Source: Candidatus Cloacimonadales bacterium
GTDB taxonomy: Bacteria; Cloacimonadota; Cloacimonadia; Cloacimonadales; JAFGVF01
Direction: 5' to 3'
DNA: 64,000 bases
NCBI GenBank assembly: GCA_963662585.1
Contig: OY759729.1
Location: 1,728,001 to 1,792,000 of the forward strand
This document shows, piece after piece, positions 40,960 through 51,096 of the stretch; within the stretch, counting starts at the first letter, position 1, and every line of letters begins with the position of its first letter. A program made the translations under genes and the position numbers. The notes beneath the pieces were generated by a model that saw only the letters and a list, made by a program, of their open reading frames with translations, had not been told where the DNA came from and searched no databases.

Positions 40960-41641
40960 AGTGAAAAACTAAAAGTGAAAAATGAAAAATAAAACTAAGA
41001 TGAAGAAGCAAAAAATTAAAAGTGAAAAGTTGAAATATTGCAATGAAATCAAAATAACTATTATATAAATGCAAGAGAGATGGTTTTGATTATGGAAAAC
41101 AAGAATATTTTAAGAGATAAAAGTTATCAATTTTCATTAGATATTATTAAATTATGTAAATATTTACAAGAAAACAAAAAAGAAAGAATATTAAGTAATC
41201 AAGTATTAAGGTCTGGAACAGCAATTGGTGCTTTATTATGTGAAGCTGAATATGCTCAAAGTTTACCAGATTTTATAAATAAATTAAGCATTAGCCTTAA
41301 AGAGGCGAATGAAACTAGATATTGGATTAGGCTATTAAGAGACTCTAACTATGTAGAACAATTATATTCTAAAGAGTTCTTAGATCAATTAAACCAGTTA
41401 ATTTCAATGTTAATAAGTTCAATAAATACAAGTAAAAGAAAACTGAAAGAAAAAAAATAAGTGCTTAAGTAGGTGAAGAAAAAATATTAGGGTGAAATAA
41501 TGTCTTAACTATTAGGTTTTATAGTTATTATCGTTTCTAGAGATATGTCTCAGGTGACACATTATTTTTCACTATTCATTATTCACTTTTCACTCCTGCT
41601 TTGCAGGACTGTTTTTCACTTTTCGTTTTTCACTTTTCACT
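40960..41641. mobile_element. Four-helix-bundle gene bracketed by inverted 7-mer (AGTGAAA/TTTCACT) tracts
   Basis: AGTGAAAAACTAAAAGTGAAAAA at 40960 matches the reverse complement of TTTTTCACTTTTCGTTTTTCACT at 41612 at 22/23 positions; extra tracts at 41011 and 41565. Confidence 0.6.
41080..41460 (+). CDS. Four helix bundle protein (23S rRNA IVS-protein/Avd-like family)
   Basis: KSYQFS, QVLRSGTAIGA..EA, FINKLSISLKEANETRYWIRLL; alternative start 41092. Confidence 0.93.
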   Translation: MVLIMENKNILRDKSYQFSLDIIKLCKYLQENKKERILSNQVLRSGTAIGALLCEAEYAQSLPDFINKLSISLKEANETRYWIRLLRDSNYVEQLYSKEFLDQLNQLISMLISSINTSKRKLKEKK

Positions 41642-41675
41642 TTATTAAAGTTCACTTTAATAATAAAGGAGTTTT

Positions 41676-43097
41676 ATGAAGACTGTCGTTATTCAAGGAT
41701 TAGGATTTGTCGGCTTAGCCATGGCAACTGTCGTCGCTAACGCTGTTGATGTAAAAGGAAAACCGTTATATAATGTTGTAGGTGTAGATCTTCCTATGAA
41801 TCAAGATAGGATTGATCTAATTAATCTTGGGAATTTGCCTTTCAAAAATGAAGATGCAACTTTTCCTATTCAATTAAAAAAAGCAGTTTTAGAATATAAA
41901 AATCTTTTAGCTTCTACTGATGAAAATTGGTACAAAAAAGCAGATATTGTGGTTGTTGATATTCAACTTGATATTAAGAAGAGAACTTTAGGCAATGCTA
42001 AAGATTGTTACTTAGAAAAAGATGCTTTTATTAAAGCTATCCATACCCTTGGTAAACATATCAAACAAGAGTGTTTAGTTTTAGTGGAAACTACTGTTGC
42101 TCCTGGTTTTAGCAGACATGTAGTAAAGCCTGCCTTAGATAAAGAGTTTATGGAAAGAGGAATCGATGTTGTAGCAAATCCTCCACGCATTGCTCATTCT
42201 TATGAAAGAGTTATGCCAGGAAAAGAGTATCTTGCATCCATAAGATCTTATCCTAGAACTTTCTCTGGCTTTGATAAAATTAGCGCTGATATGGCTCGTG
42301 AATTCTTAGAAGATGTTCTAGAAGTTGATAAATTCCCTCTGAGAGAAGAAAAATCAACTGAAACATCTGAGCTCGCTAAAGTAATGGAAAACTCTTACAG
42401 AGCTGTTAATATTGCTTTAGTTAACGAATGGACATTGCTTGCAGAAAAGATGGAAGTGAATATCTTTGATGTAATCGAAGGAATAAAAAAGAGAAAAACC
42501 CATAATAACATGCTCTATCCAGGACTTGGGGTAGGTGGTTACTGTTTAACAAAAGATACTCTACTTGCTTATTGGTCCGGTATCAATTTCTATGATGAAA
42601 ATCTTGATTTACCTATGACTATTAAAGGTATTAATATAAATGATACCATGCCGTGGCATACTTATGACCTTATAAAAGAAAAATTCCACGAAGATAATTT
42701 TAAAACGATTTTACTCGGTGTTTCCTATCGTGAAGATGTGGGCGATACTCGCTATGCTCCAGCAGAAAAACTCTACACTAAACTAGACAATGACGGTTTA
42801 GAAGTAGTAGTTCATGATCCTTATGTAGATGAATGGCCAGAACTTCCAGAAGCTAAGTTTATTGAACAAATCACTAATCTAAAAGAATATGACTGCGTCG
42901 TTCTTGGTGTAAAACATAATTGCTACATAAACCTTACTGCTGAGGAACTTATTATGGCAACTAAACCTGAAACCCTTATTGTTGATGCTAATAATATTCT
43001 GGATGATGAGAAAATTTTAGCTCTGCTAAAGAGTGGAAGAGATGTGGTTGGTGTGGGTAAAGGACATATTGCTCGGATGAAAAGAGAAATAATTTAG
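41676..43097 (+). CDS. Nucleotide sugar dehydrogenase (UDP-Glc/GDP-Man DH family)
   Basis: GLGFVG, ETTVAPG, KVMEN, GVGGYCL, HDP. Confidence 0.9.
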   Translation: MKTVVIQGLGFVGLAMATVVANAVDVKGKPLYNVVGVDLPMNQDRIDLINLGNLPFKNEDATFPIQLKKAVLEYKNLLASTDENWYKKADIVVVDIQLDIKKRTLGNAKDCYLEKDAFIKAIHTLGKHIKQECLVLVETTVAPGFSRHVVKPALDKEFMERGIDVVANPPRIAHSYERVMPGKEYLASIRSYPRTFSGFDKISADMAREFLEDVLEVDKFPLREEKSTETSELAKVMENSYRAVNIALVNEWTLLAEKMEVNIFDVIEGIKKRKTHNNMLYPGLGVGGYCLTKDTLLAYWSGINFYDENLDLPMTIKGININDTMPWHTYDLIKEKFHEDNFKTILLGVSYREDVGDTRYAPAEKLYTKLDNDGLEVVVHDPYVDEWPELPEAKFIEQITNLKEYDCVVLGVKHNCYINLTAEELIMATKPETLIVDANNILDDEKILALLKSGRDVVGVGKGHIARMKREII

Positions 43098-43133
43098 CCA
43101 CAGAAGGCACAGAATACACTGAAAAGAAAGAAA

Positions 43134-43583
43134 TTTATCCACTAATGAGCACAGATTAACACGAATGAAATACAAAGAAATAATATATAAAGAAGAGTCA
43201 TTTAATATTATTGGAGCTTGTATGGAGGTTCATAATAATCTAGGTAGTGGATTTTTAGAAGCAATTTACCAAGAAGCTTTAGAGCATGAATTAAAATGGC
43301 GTGGAATTTCTTTTGAAAGAGAAAAAGAATTAAAAGTAAAATATAAATCTGTTGTTTTGGATAAAAGATATGTAGCAGATTTTGTTTGTTATGATAAAAT
43401 CATAGTAGAACTGAAAGCTACTAAAGAAATGAGTGAAACATATTATGCTCAAGTAATCAATTATTTAAAAGCGACAGGATTCAAGTTAGCAATTTTAGTA
43501 AATTTTGGTCAAAAAGATTTAGATTTCCGAAGGGTAATCTTATAAAATTTATTCGTGTTTATTTGTGCTCATTAGTGGATAAA
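43134..43583. mobile_element. GxxExxY gene tightly bracketed by 33-bp inverted repeats
   Basis: TTTATCCACTAATGAGCACAGATTAACACGAAT (43134-43166) and ATTCGTGTTTATTTGTGCTCATTAGTGGATAAA (43551-43583), 31/33 complementary. Confidence 0.75.
43165..43545 (+). CDS. GxxExxY protein (PD-(D/E)XK nuclease superfamily)
   Basis: IIGACMEVHNNLGSGFLEAIY, ADFVC, IIVELKA, AQVINYLKATG, LVNFG. Confidence 0.95.
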   Translation: MKYKEIIYKEESFNIIGACMEVHNNLGSGFLEAIYQEALEHELKWRGISFEREKELKVKYKSVVLDKRYVADFVCYDKIIVELKATKEMSETYYAQVINYLKATGFKLAILVNFGQKDLDFRRVIL

Positions 43584-43628
43584 ATGATGTTAGTATACTG
43601 TATTTGGTGGCAAATTAAAGGAGTTTCT

Positions 43629-45083
43629 ATGAAATACTTTTTTCTCTCCCTCGCAGCTCTCCTGCTCCTCCTCTCCTGCGATAGCTCAACCTCCTCTTCC
43701 GAGGAATCCTTCACTATCTCAGGTAAGGTATCACTTCTGGATAAAGAAGGAAACCCCATTACTTCAGGATTAGAAGATATAATAGTTATGATCTACAATA
43801 CCGTAGAAATTGATCCTGATCTCCTTCAAGTTAAAGCTGATTACCCATACATAGGAACTGAGATAAATCAAGAAGTCTATTTTGATATTAGAGATGAAGA
43901 TCCTATTAAAACCATAAACTGTAATTCTGAAGGGGGATATAGTTTTAGTGTACCTAATGATAATTATAATCTTTGTTATTATAGTGCAGGTTATGGATAT
44001 AGGCTTATTCATGAATTAGATGTTTCGGAATATAATACCCTACCGGAAGTAGTACTTCAAGAAGTAATCACTCTTTCTGGATCAATTTCTAATTTCACTT
44101 TTGAAAGTGAGAAAGTCTATCATATAATGGATGATTTGATTATTCCTCAAAATAGTGATGTAGTCTTTGAAACAGGTGCTTTTGTCGATGTGGCTGATAA
44201 TAAGAAGATTTTCTTAATGGATGATTTAAATACTACTGTAATAGGAAGTGACAAATTTGTCAATTTTAACTCAATTTATGAATATTTAGGTAATAAAAAT
44301 TTGTTTAGAGGAGTTGAGTGTGTCAATATTGCTTCACTAACTATCAACAATATTTCAATTAGTAATAGCTCATCGGCAATAATGCTCCAAAACAGTGTAA
44401 TAGATATTACTATAAACAACAGTGTTTTAAGAAATAACTCAAATGCAATTAGCTCGAATAGTAATAACTCATTTAAGATTGATAAATCACTTATTAATAA
44501 TAATTCAGGGATAGGTATTACTTCTAATTCGAATAGTGAAATAAGCAATACAATATTCTATAATAATGATATTGGATTTAAAATATCAATGAATGAAGCA
44601 GAAATATATAATTGTTATTTCCTTGATAACTACATGGGAGTTAGAACTGTTGGATACGAAGAACAGACTATTAGGAATAATGAATTTAAACTAAATGAGT
44701 ATGGTATTACTACAAGTGGCTCCTCTCCCAATATAGAATATAATAATTTCTACAACGATAACACTAATATTGAAACAAATAAAATGTTCTTAAGCACTGG
44801 GAATTATGTGTTTTCTGATCCAATAATTAGTAATAATAATTTTTATAAAGAAAACAGGTTAATAATAGATCTAATTGGTCAACACCTTGAAGGTTTACCT
44901 GGTGATGAATGGCATAGCAATGGTGTAGCCAATAATATTAACGCAACTTACAATTATTGGAATAGCTTAGACTATATGAGTTTATGTGAATATAATACCG
45001 ATTTAGAGGCTAATCAAGGGATTATTTTCTCCCCTAAACGAAACAGTGCCCTTACTAATGCTGGCATTTTAATAGGAGATTAA
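43629..45083 (+). CDS. Lipoprotein with right-handed parallel beta-helix repeats
   Basis: Start ATG 43629 after AAGGAG; lipobox LLSC; Asn-rich beta-helix repeats; NATYNYW. Confidence 0.75.
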   Translation: MKYFFLSLAALLLLLSCDSSTSSSEESFTISGKVSLLDKEGNPITSGLEDIIVMIYNTVEIDPDLLQVKADYPYIGTEINQEVYFDIRDEDPIKTINCNSEGGYSFSVPNDNYNLCYYSAGYGYRLIHELDVSEYNTLPEVVLQEVITLSGSISNFTFESEKVYHIMDDLIIPQNSDVVFETGAFVDVADNKKIFLMDDLNTTVIGSDKFVNFNSIYEYLGNKNLFRGVECVNIASLTINNISISNSSSAIMLQNSVIDITINNSVLRNNSNAISSNSNNSFKIDKSLINNNSGIGITSNSNSEISNTIFYNNDIGFKISMNEAEIYNCYFLDNYMGVRTVGYEEQTIRNNEFKLNEYGITTSGSSPNIEYNNFYNDNTNIETNKMFLSTGNYVFSDPIISNNNFYKENRLIIDLIGQHLEGLPGDEWHSNGVANNINATYNYWNSLDYMSLCEYNTDLEANQGIIFSPKRNSALTNAGILIGD

Positions 45084-45084
45084 T

Positions 45085-45960
45085 GTGAAAGGAATAATAT
45101 TAGCAGGAGGAGCTGGTTCAAGGCTTCACCCATTAACTTTTAGTTTATCAAAGCAATTATTACCAATATATAACAAGCCAATGATTTATTATCCTATGTC
45201 TATCTTGATGTTAGCCGGTATAAGAGAAATTTTAATTATATCCACCCCTCATGATTTACCAAACTTCCAGAAACTTTTTGGAGATGGTAGTCAGTTAGGA
45301 TTAAATTTAGAATATGCAGAGCAAACTCAACCTAATGGCTTAGCTGAGGCTTTTATTATAGGCCAAGACTTTATCGGTAAAGACAATGTTTGTCTTATTT
45401 TAGGAGACAATATCTTTTATGGACAAAATCTCCCAAGTTTGTTATCTAAGGTTTCTAATTTAACAAGTGGAGCAGAAATTTTTGGTTATTATGTTCATGA
45501 TCCTGAACGCTATGGTGTAGCTGAAGTTGATGAAAAATGGAAGGTAATTTCTCTTGAAGAAAAACCTGAAGAGCCAAAATCTAATTATGCAGTAGTAGGT
45601 CTTTATTTCTATGATAATCAGGTTATTGATATTGCAAAAAATATTAAACCTTCTAAAAGAGGAGAATTAGAAATTACTTCAGTGAATGAAGAGTATCTTA
45701 AACGAGGTGAGCTTAAACTCCACCCACTAGGTAGAGGAACTACTTGGTTAGATACCGGAACACATGAATCTCTACTTGAAGCAGGAAAATTTGTGGAAAT
45801 AATCGAAAAAAGACAAGGATTAAAGATAGCCTGTTTGGAAGAGATAGCTTATCGAAAGGGTTATATTGATCATGCTCAGTTAATCAAATGCAGTGAGGCA
45901 TTTGGTAAAAGTGAATACGGGGTTTATTTGAAGAATTTAGCTGAGGAATTAAGGAAATAG
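45085..45960 (+). CDS. rfbA: Glucose-1-phosphate thymidylyltransferase
   Basis: [48 protein letters not shown] start. Confidence 0.97.
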   Translation: MKGIILAGGAGSRLHPLTFSLSKQLLPIYNKPMIYYPMSILMLAGIREILIISTPHDLPNFQKLFGDGSQLGLNLEYAEQTQPNGLAEAFIIGQDFIGKDNVCLILGDNIFYGQNLPSLLSKVSNLTSGAEIFGYYVHDPERYGVAEVDEKWKVISLEEKPEEPKSNYAVVGLYFYDNQVIDIAKNIKPSKRGELEITSVNEEYLKRGELKLHPLGRGTTWLDTGTHESLLEAGKFVEIIEKRQGLKIACLEEIAYRKGYIDHAQLIKCSEAFGKSEYGVYLKNLAEELRK

Positions 45961-45961
45961 T

Positions 45962-47263
45962 TTGCAGATTACTGAATGGATTAAATATCAGAGATCGTTA
46001 GTAGATGTTAGAATTAACTATGTTTCTTTTTCAAATCTTTCTAAATGGGAGTTTTCTTCAACAGAAGGGATTATAAAACATGATTCGGGTGGCTTTTTTA
46101 CTATAGAAGGAATTGATATAAAGACATCTTTTGGTGAAAAAAATCAATGGGATCAACCAATAATAAATCAAGCAGAAATTGGATATTTAGGTTTTATAGT
46201 TAAGGAGTTTTACGATGGATATAAATTTTTAGTTCAAGCCAAGATAGAACCAGGGAATATTAATTATGTTCAACTCTCTCCAACTATCCAAGCTACCAAA
46301 AGTAATTTTACTCAAGTTCATGGGGGAAGAAGTCCTGATTACTTAGAGTATTTCGTTAATTTTAACAAAAAAGTAATAGTTGATCAATTGCAGTCAGAGC
46401 AGAGCGAAAGATTTATAAAAAAAAGAAACAGAAATATAATTATTGAAGTTGAAGATGAAGTAGAAGTTAAGGAAAATTACATTTGGTTAACTCTATCCGA
46501 GTTTAAGAATGCTATAAAGTTAGACAATGTTGTGAATATGGATAGTAGAACTGTAATTTCTAATCTTAATTACTCCTTACTTAAGAAATTTTATAATACT
46601 GAATTAAATGACGAGAATGAATTTGTAAAATCGTTATTGGAAGAAAATAAATCACAACATTCCTTTGTGGAATTGAAGTCATGGTTAACCGAGTTAAAAT
46701 TCAAGTATGACTTATGTATAAGAAGTAAGAAGTTATCTGATCTTAAGGAATGGATAGTTAATGATTCAGATATAATAAGTAAAAAACATAAATTTAGAGT
46801 TATTGCTGCTGATATAACGATATCAAATCGTGAAGTAGCCCACTGGACACAACCCTTAATGGAAGCTGTGGAAGAAGGGATATTTGCTTTTATAATTGCA
46901 GAGATTAATGGGATTATTCATTTTCTTGTTCAAGCTAGATTAGAGGCAGGATGTTTTGATAAGTTTGAATTAGCTCCTACTATTCAATGTTATATAAGTG
47001 AAACAAATACTCCATACATGAATATTTTACAGTCAAAAAAATATAAATTGCTTCATGAAAGTTGGCAATCTGAAGAAGGTGGAAGATTTTTTAGAGAGCA
47101 AAACAAAAATATGATAATTGAGATTAATGATTATCATACTTGTGAGCCACTATCAGAGAATTATAGGTGGATGACTCTTGCACAAATTTATAGATTTATA
47201 GAATTTAACAATTATGTTAATATTCAAGCAAGAAGTATTTTATCAACAATAGATTACAGGTAA
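45962..47263 (+). CDS. NDP-hexose 2,3-dehydratase
   Basis: HDSGGFF, WDQPII, QLSPTIQATKSN, QSEQ, WTQP, LAPTIQC, QSEEGGRF, NIQARS; TTG start. Confidence 0.92.
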   Translation: MQITEWIKYQRSLVDVRINYVSFSNLSKWEFSSTEGIIKHDSGGFFTIEGIDIKTSFGEKNQWDQPIINQAEIGYLGFIVKEFYDGYKFLVQAKIEPGNINYVQLSPTIQATKSNFTQVHGGRSPDYLEYFVNFNKKVIVDQLQSEQSERFIKKRNRNIIIEVEDEVEVKENYIWLTLSEFKNAIKLDNVVNMDSRTVISNLNYSLLKKFYNTELNDENEFVKSLLEENKSQHSFVELKSWLTELKFKYDLCIRSKKLSDLKEWIVNDSDIISKKHKFRVIAADITISNREVAHWTQPLMEAVEEGIFAFIIAEINGIIHFLVQARLEAGCFDKFELAPTIQCYISETNTPYMNILQSKKYKLLHESWQSEEGGRFFREQNKNMIIEINDYHTCEPLSENYRWMTLAQIYRFIEFNNYVNIQARSILSTIDYR

Positions 47264-47271
47264 TTTAAAAA

Positions 47272-48228
47272 ATGAATAGAATAAAAATTGGTGTTTTGGG
47301 ATGTGCAAGTATAGCAGAAAGAATGATGATTCCGGCTATTATTAATTCTCCGTACTTTCAATTAGAAGTTGTTGCGAGTAGAACTAAGGAGAAAGGTGAG
47401 TATTTTTCAAAAAAATTTAATTGCAAATATGTAGTTGGTTATGAAAATTTATTGAATTTAGAGATTGATGCTGTTTATATCCCACTGCCTACTGGAATGC
47501 ATTTCGAATGGATTATAAAAGCTTTAGAAACTGGGATGCATATAATTGCGGAGAAATCAATTGCAACTAATTTTTCAGAAGTTCATTCTATTGTGGATTT
47601 AGCCAGGGCAAAAAAACTCTGTATTCAAGAAAATTTTATGTTTCAATATCATTCTCAAATAGATTTTGTTAAATGTAAATTAGTTGAAATAGGTGAAACT
47701 AAGTTATTTAGAAGTTCTTTTGGTTTCCCAAAATTTTCTGATAAGGCCAATTTCAGATATAACAAAAATTTAGGTGGTGGAGCATTATTAGATGCAGGTG
47801 CTTATACTATTAAAGCAAGTCAATTATTTTTAGGCTTAGATCAGAAAGTAGAATATGCCTATCTTAATTTTGAAGGAAATGAAGTTGATTTTCAAGGTTC
47901 TGTAATTTTAAGAAATAATGATAATATCATTAGCCAATTAGCTTTCGGGTTTGATAACTTCTATCAAAATAAGGTTGAGATTTGGGGGAAATTAGGTAAG
48001 ATCACAATGAATAGGGCATATACCGCTGGACCAGGATTTAAGCCAACAATTTTATTAGAAAAACAAGGGGTTAACACAGAGTATCAGTTACCTGCAGATA
48101 ACCATTTTATAAAGAGTTTAGAAGTATTTGCTAAAGCTATAAATGAAAAACATTTTGCAGAAAACAAATATTTATTGAATCAATCAAGATTAATTAATGA
48201 GGTCGTTAATTGGAGAAACAAATGGTAA
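47272..48228 (+). CDS. Gfo/Idh/MocA oxidoreductase, probable NDP-hexose 3-ketoreductase
   Basis: GVLGCASIAER, YIPLP, EK, ENFMF, LGGGALLDAG; adjacent to the 2,3-dehydratase. Confidence 0.85.
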   Translation: MNRIKIGVLGCASIAERMMIPAIINSPYFQLEVVASRTKEKGEYFSKKFNCKYVVGYENLLNLEIDAVYIPLPTGMHFEWIIKALETGMHIIAEKSIATNFSEVHSIVDLARAKKLCIQENFMFQYHSQIDFVKCKLVEIGETKLFRSSFGFPKFSDKANFRYNKNLGGGALLDAGAYTIKASQLFLGLDQKVEYAYLNFEGNEVDFQGSVILRNNDNIISQLAFGFDNFYQNKVEIWGKLGKITMNRAYTAGPGFKPTILLEKQGVNTEYQLPADNHFIKSLEVFAKAINEKHFAENKYLLNQSRLINEVVNWRNKW

Positions 48229-49364
48229 TAGCTTTTAATAAACCATTTCTATCAGGTAATGAAGAAAAATATGTTATCGATGCTATAAGAAGTTTAAAAC
48301 ATTGTGGTAATCATCAATACTGTCAAAAAGTTATTGATTTAATGAAAGAAAAGCATAAATTAGGTGAAGTGTTTTTGGTACCTTCAGGTACCACTGCTTT
48401 GGAAATGGGCGCATTGCTAGCAGATTTACAAAAAGGTGATGAAGTGATATTACCTTCATACACATTTAGTTCAACTGCTAATGCTATAGTTCTTAGAGGA
48501 GCAATACCAGTCTTTTGTGAAATAGACCCTGAGACAATGAATATTGATGTTACTAAAATTGAAGCATTAATTACTTCTAAAACTAAAATGATTATACCAA
48601 TAGATTATGCAGGTATTCCTTGTGAGATTGATAAAGTAATGGAGATTGCCAAAATACATAATTTGATAGTGATGCATGATACTGCCCAATCTTACGGAAG
48701 TTATTATAAAGGAAAAGCTACAGGTGCTTGGGCAGACCTAGCTACTTATAGTTTTCATGAAACTAAAAATATTACTTGTGGTGAAGGTGGAGCTTTGGTT
48801 GTAAATAGACCTGAATGGGTTGAAAGAGCTCACTTTTTACAAGAAAAGGGAACTGATAGAAGGTTAGTTCTTAATGGTGTTAAAAGTAAATATCATTGGG
48901 TAGATTATGGTTCAAGTTTCTTGTTGTCAGATATTTTAGCTGCTCATCTTTATGCTCAAATTGAAGATGAAGAAGATATTTTCCAAAAGAGAGCTAAACT
49001 GACTGAGATGTATTTCGAAATATTTTCTAAATATCAGGAGCAAGGATTGATTAAAATCCCTATAATTACTAAAGATATGATAATTAACCATCATGCATTT
49101 TGGGTACTTTTTAATACTATAGAACAGAAAGAAAGGTTTATAAGTTTACTTAGAGAACAAGGTGTTTATGCTTACATTGGTTATATGCCATTGCATTCAG
49201 CACCAATGGGAAAGAACTTCGGATATAAACCTGAAGATTTACCTATAACGGAAGATGTTGCTTCAAGATTAGTTAGGATGCCTTTTTGGGGTGGAATGAT
49301 AAAAACAGAATTTGATAAGTTAGTTAAAGTTATATCTATAATAATAAAGGAGAACTTTTTATAA
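48222..49364 (+). CDS. rffA: dTDP-4-amino-4,6-dideoxyhexose transaminase (WecE/RffA-like)
   Basis: FNKP, PSYTFSSTANA, SFHETKN, GEGG, EKGTDR, PLHSAP. Confidence 0.85.
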   Translation: MVIAFNKPFLSGNEEKYVIDAIRSLKHCGNHQYCQKVIDLMKEKHKLGEVFLVPSGTTALEMGALLADLQKGDEVILPSYTFSSTANAIVLRGAIPVFCEIDPETMNIDVTKIEALITSKTKMIIPIDYAGIPCEIDKVMEIAKIHNLIVMHDTAQSYGSYYKGKATGAWADLATYSFHETKNITCGEGGALVVNRPEWVERAHFLQEKGTDRRLVLNGVKSKYHWVDYGSSFLLSDILAAHLYAQIEDEEDIFQKRAKLTEMYFEIFSKYQEQGLIKIPIITKDMIINHHAFWVLFNTIEQKERFISLLREQGVYAYIGYMPLHSAPMGKNFGYKPEDLPITEDVASRLVRMPFWGGMIKTEFDKLVKVISIIIKENFL

Positions 49365-49365
49365 A

Positions 49366-51096
49366 ATGGGAAAACTAAATACTAAGGCTTATAAGAATGA
49401 GACATTTATAGCGATTATTGCTCTATTTGTGATTTTTGTTATTAATGTACCTTATCTATTACTTGGAGATAACTTTTATCCACGATTTGGTTATGATAGT
49501 TTGGATAGCAATGTTATTAAAACAAAAATATTTTTTGAGGGATGCGATTATTTTGCCCCACGAGATTCTATAGTAGAACAACCCATGGGGGGATTACCAA
49601 GGGCTTTGTTTGGAATGGGCTTATCAATAAGTACCATTTGGTATATGTTATTTAGTTTTCCTACTGCCTATGTAGTAAACATTATTATGATTCAATTGCT
49701 AGCGTTTTTAGGGATGGTCTTATTTTTAAAAACTAAATATGGAAACAATCATTTATTGATTTATTCAGTAGCTTTGGTGTTCTCTCAATTACCTTATTGG
49801 CCCCATGCAGGATTAAGTGTAGCTGGAATTCCTTTATTACTTTACTCTTTTTTAAAATTCAAAGACAAGAAATTCCTTTCCATAATTGTCATGTTAATCT
49901 ATATATTATACTCTTCCTTTGTCTTGACAGGCATGTTCTTAATTATGATAGGTTGGTTGTTTTGGTTAGGTAAAGTTATTAAAAGAAAAAAAGATAATAA
50001 TTTATTGATATACCTTGTAATTTTTACTCTATTATCTATTTTGCGCAATTATGACTTATTCCTTTTAATTATAGATCCAATTTTTGTTTCTCATAGGAGT
50101 GAGGCAGTAATACATACTTTTGGGATATATGAAAGTTTAAAGAGTTTCATAAATATGGTTTTTTTTGAATATGGTCATAATTTAAAAAAGCCAATAATTA
50201 TAATAATTACTTTTATTATCGTAAGTATCATAGCTAAAATTAAGAAAATAAAAATACAAAAAGATATCTATTATATCTTTGGAGCTATTATATTTTTATC
50301 TTTTATCAGTGTTTTTATGCAATCAACTACTGGATATTGGATAACCTCTCATGTTAAAACTCTTAAATTGGTCCAATTGCAAAGGTTTTATTGGTTACTT
50401 CCACCATTGTTTTATATTTTATTTTATTTAGTGTTGCGGGAAATATGGAAAACTAAGTTAAAAGCACTAGTACTTGTTTTATTAGTAATTCAATTTGGAT
50501 TAATTTTTCAAAAGAATACAAATTTTAAGGAATTTCTGAAAACTAGATTATTGGGAAAAGAGACTAAGACCTTGACATATAAGGAATTTTATAGTGAAGT
50601 GCTTTACCAGGAAATAAATGATTATATTGGGAAGCCTCAAAACTCTTACCGAGTTGCATCAATAGGTTTGCAGCCTGCAGCTGCTCTGTATAGCGGATTT
50701 TATACAATCGATGGATATTTTGCTAATTACCCCTTAAGTTATAAGCATAAGTTTTATGAATTAATGGAGCCTGAATTAAACAAGAATGAAATTGCAAAAG
50801 ATTTTTTTGAAGATTTCGGTAGTGTGGTTGTTATTCTTTCAAATGAAATAATCGAAAGGCGAGAAGGAAAAGGATTTATTATACCAACAGAAGAAAAGAC
50901 AGTTAAAAATAGAGTTATTAATAATTTGCAGTTAAATACTGATGTATTACAGGGATTAAATTGTCAGTACATATTCTCGTCATCTGAGATACTTAACCAC
51001 AAAGAGCTAAATTTTAAATTTGAAAAATATTTTGAAAGAGATGATTCTCCTTGGGCTATTTACCTGTATTCAGTAATATGTAATAATGATGTTTAA
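49366..51096 (+). CDS. Polytopic membrane protein (DUF6044-like; possible GT-C glycosyltransferase)
   Basis: Many TMs; DSLDSN, GLPR, QRFYWL, RVASIGL, DGY. Confidence 0.6.
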   Translation: MGKLNTKAYKNETFIAIIALFVIFVINVPYLLLGDNFYPRFGYDSLDSNVIKTKIFFEGCDYFAPRDSIVEQPMGGLPRALFGMGLSISTIWYMLFSFPTAYVVNIIMIQLLAFLGMVLFLKTKYGNNHLLIYSVALVFSQLPYWPHAGLSVAGIPLLLYSFLKFKDKKFLSIIVMLIYILYSSFVLTGMFLIMIGWLFWLGKVIKRKKDNNLLIYLVIFTLLSILRNYDLFLLIIDPIFVSHRSEAVIHTFGIYESLKSFINMVFFEYGHNLKKPIIIIITFIIVSIIAKIKKIKIQKDIYYIFGAIIFLSFISVFMQSTTGYWITSHVKTLKLVQLQRFYWLLPPLFYILFYLVLREIWKTKLKALVLVLLVIQFGLIFQKNTNFKEFLKTRLLGKETKTLTYKEFYSEVLYQEINDYIGKPQNSYRVASIGLQPAAALYSGFYTIDGYFANYPLSYKHKFYELMEPELNKNEIAKDFFEDFGSVVVILSNEIIERREGKGFIIPTEEKTVKNRVINNLQLNTDVLQGLNCQYIFSSSEILNHKELNFKFEKYFERDDSPWAIYLYSVICNNDV

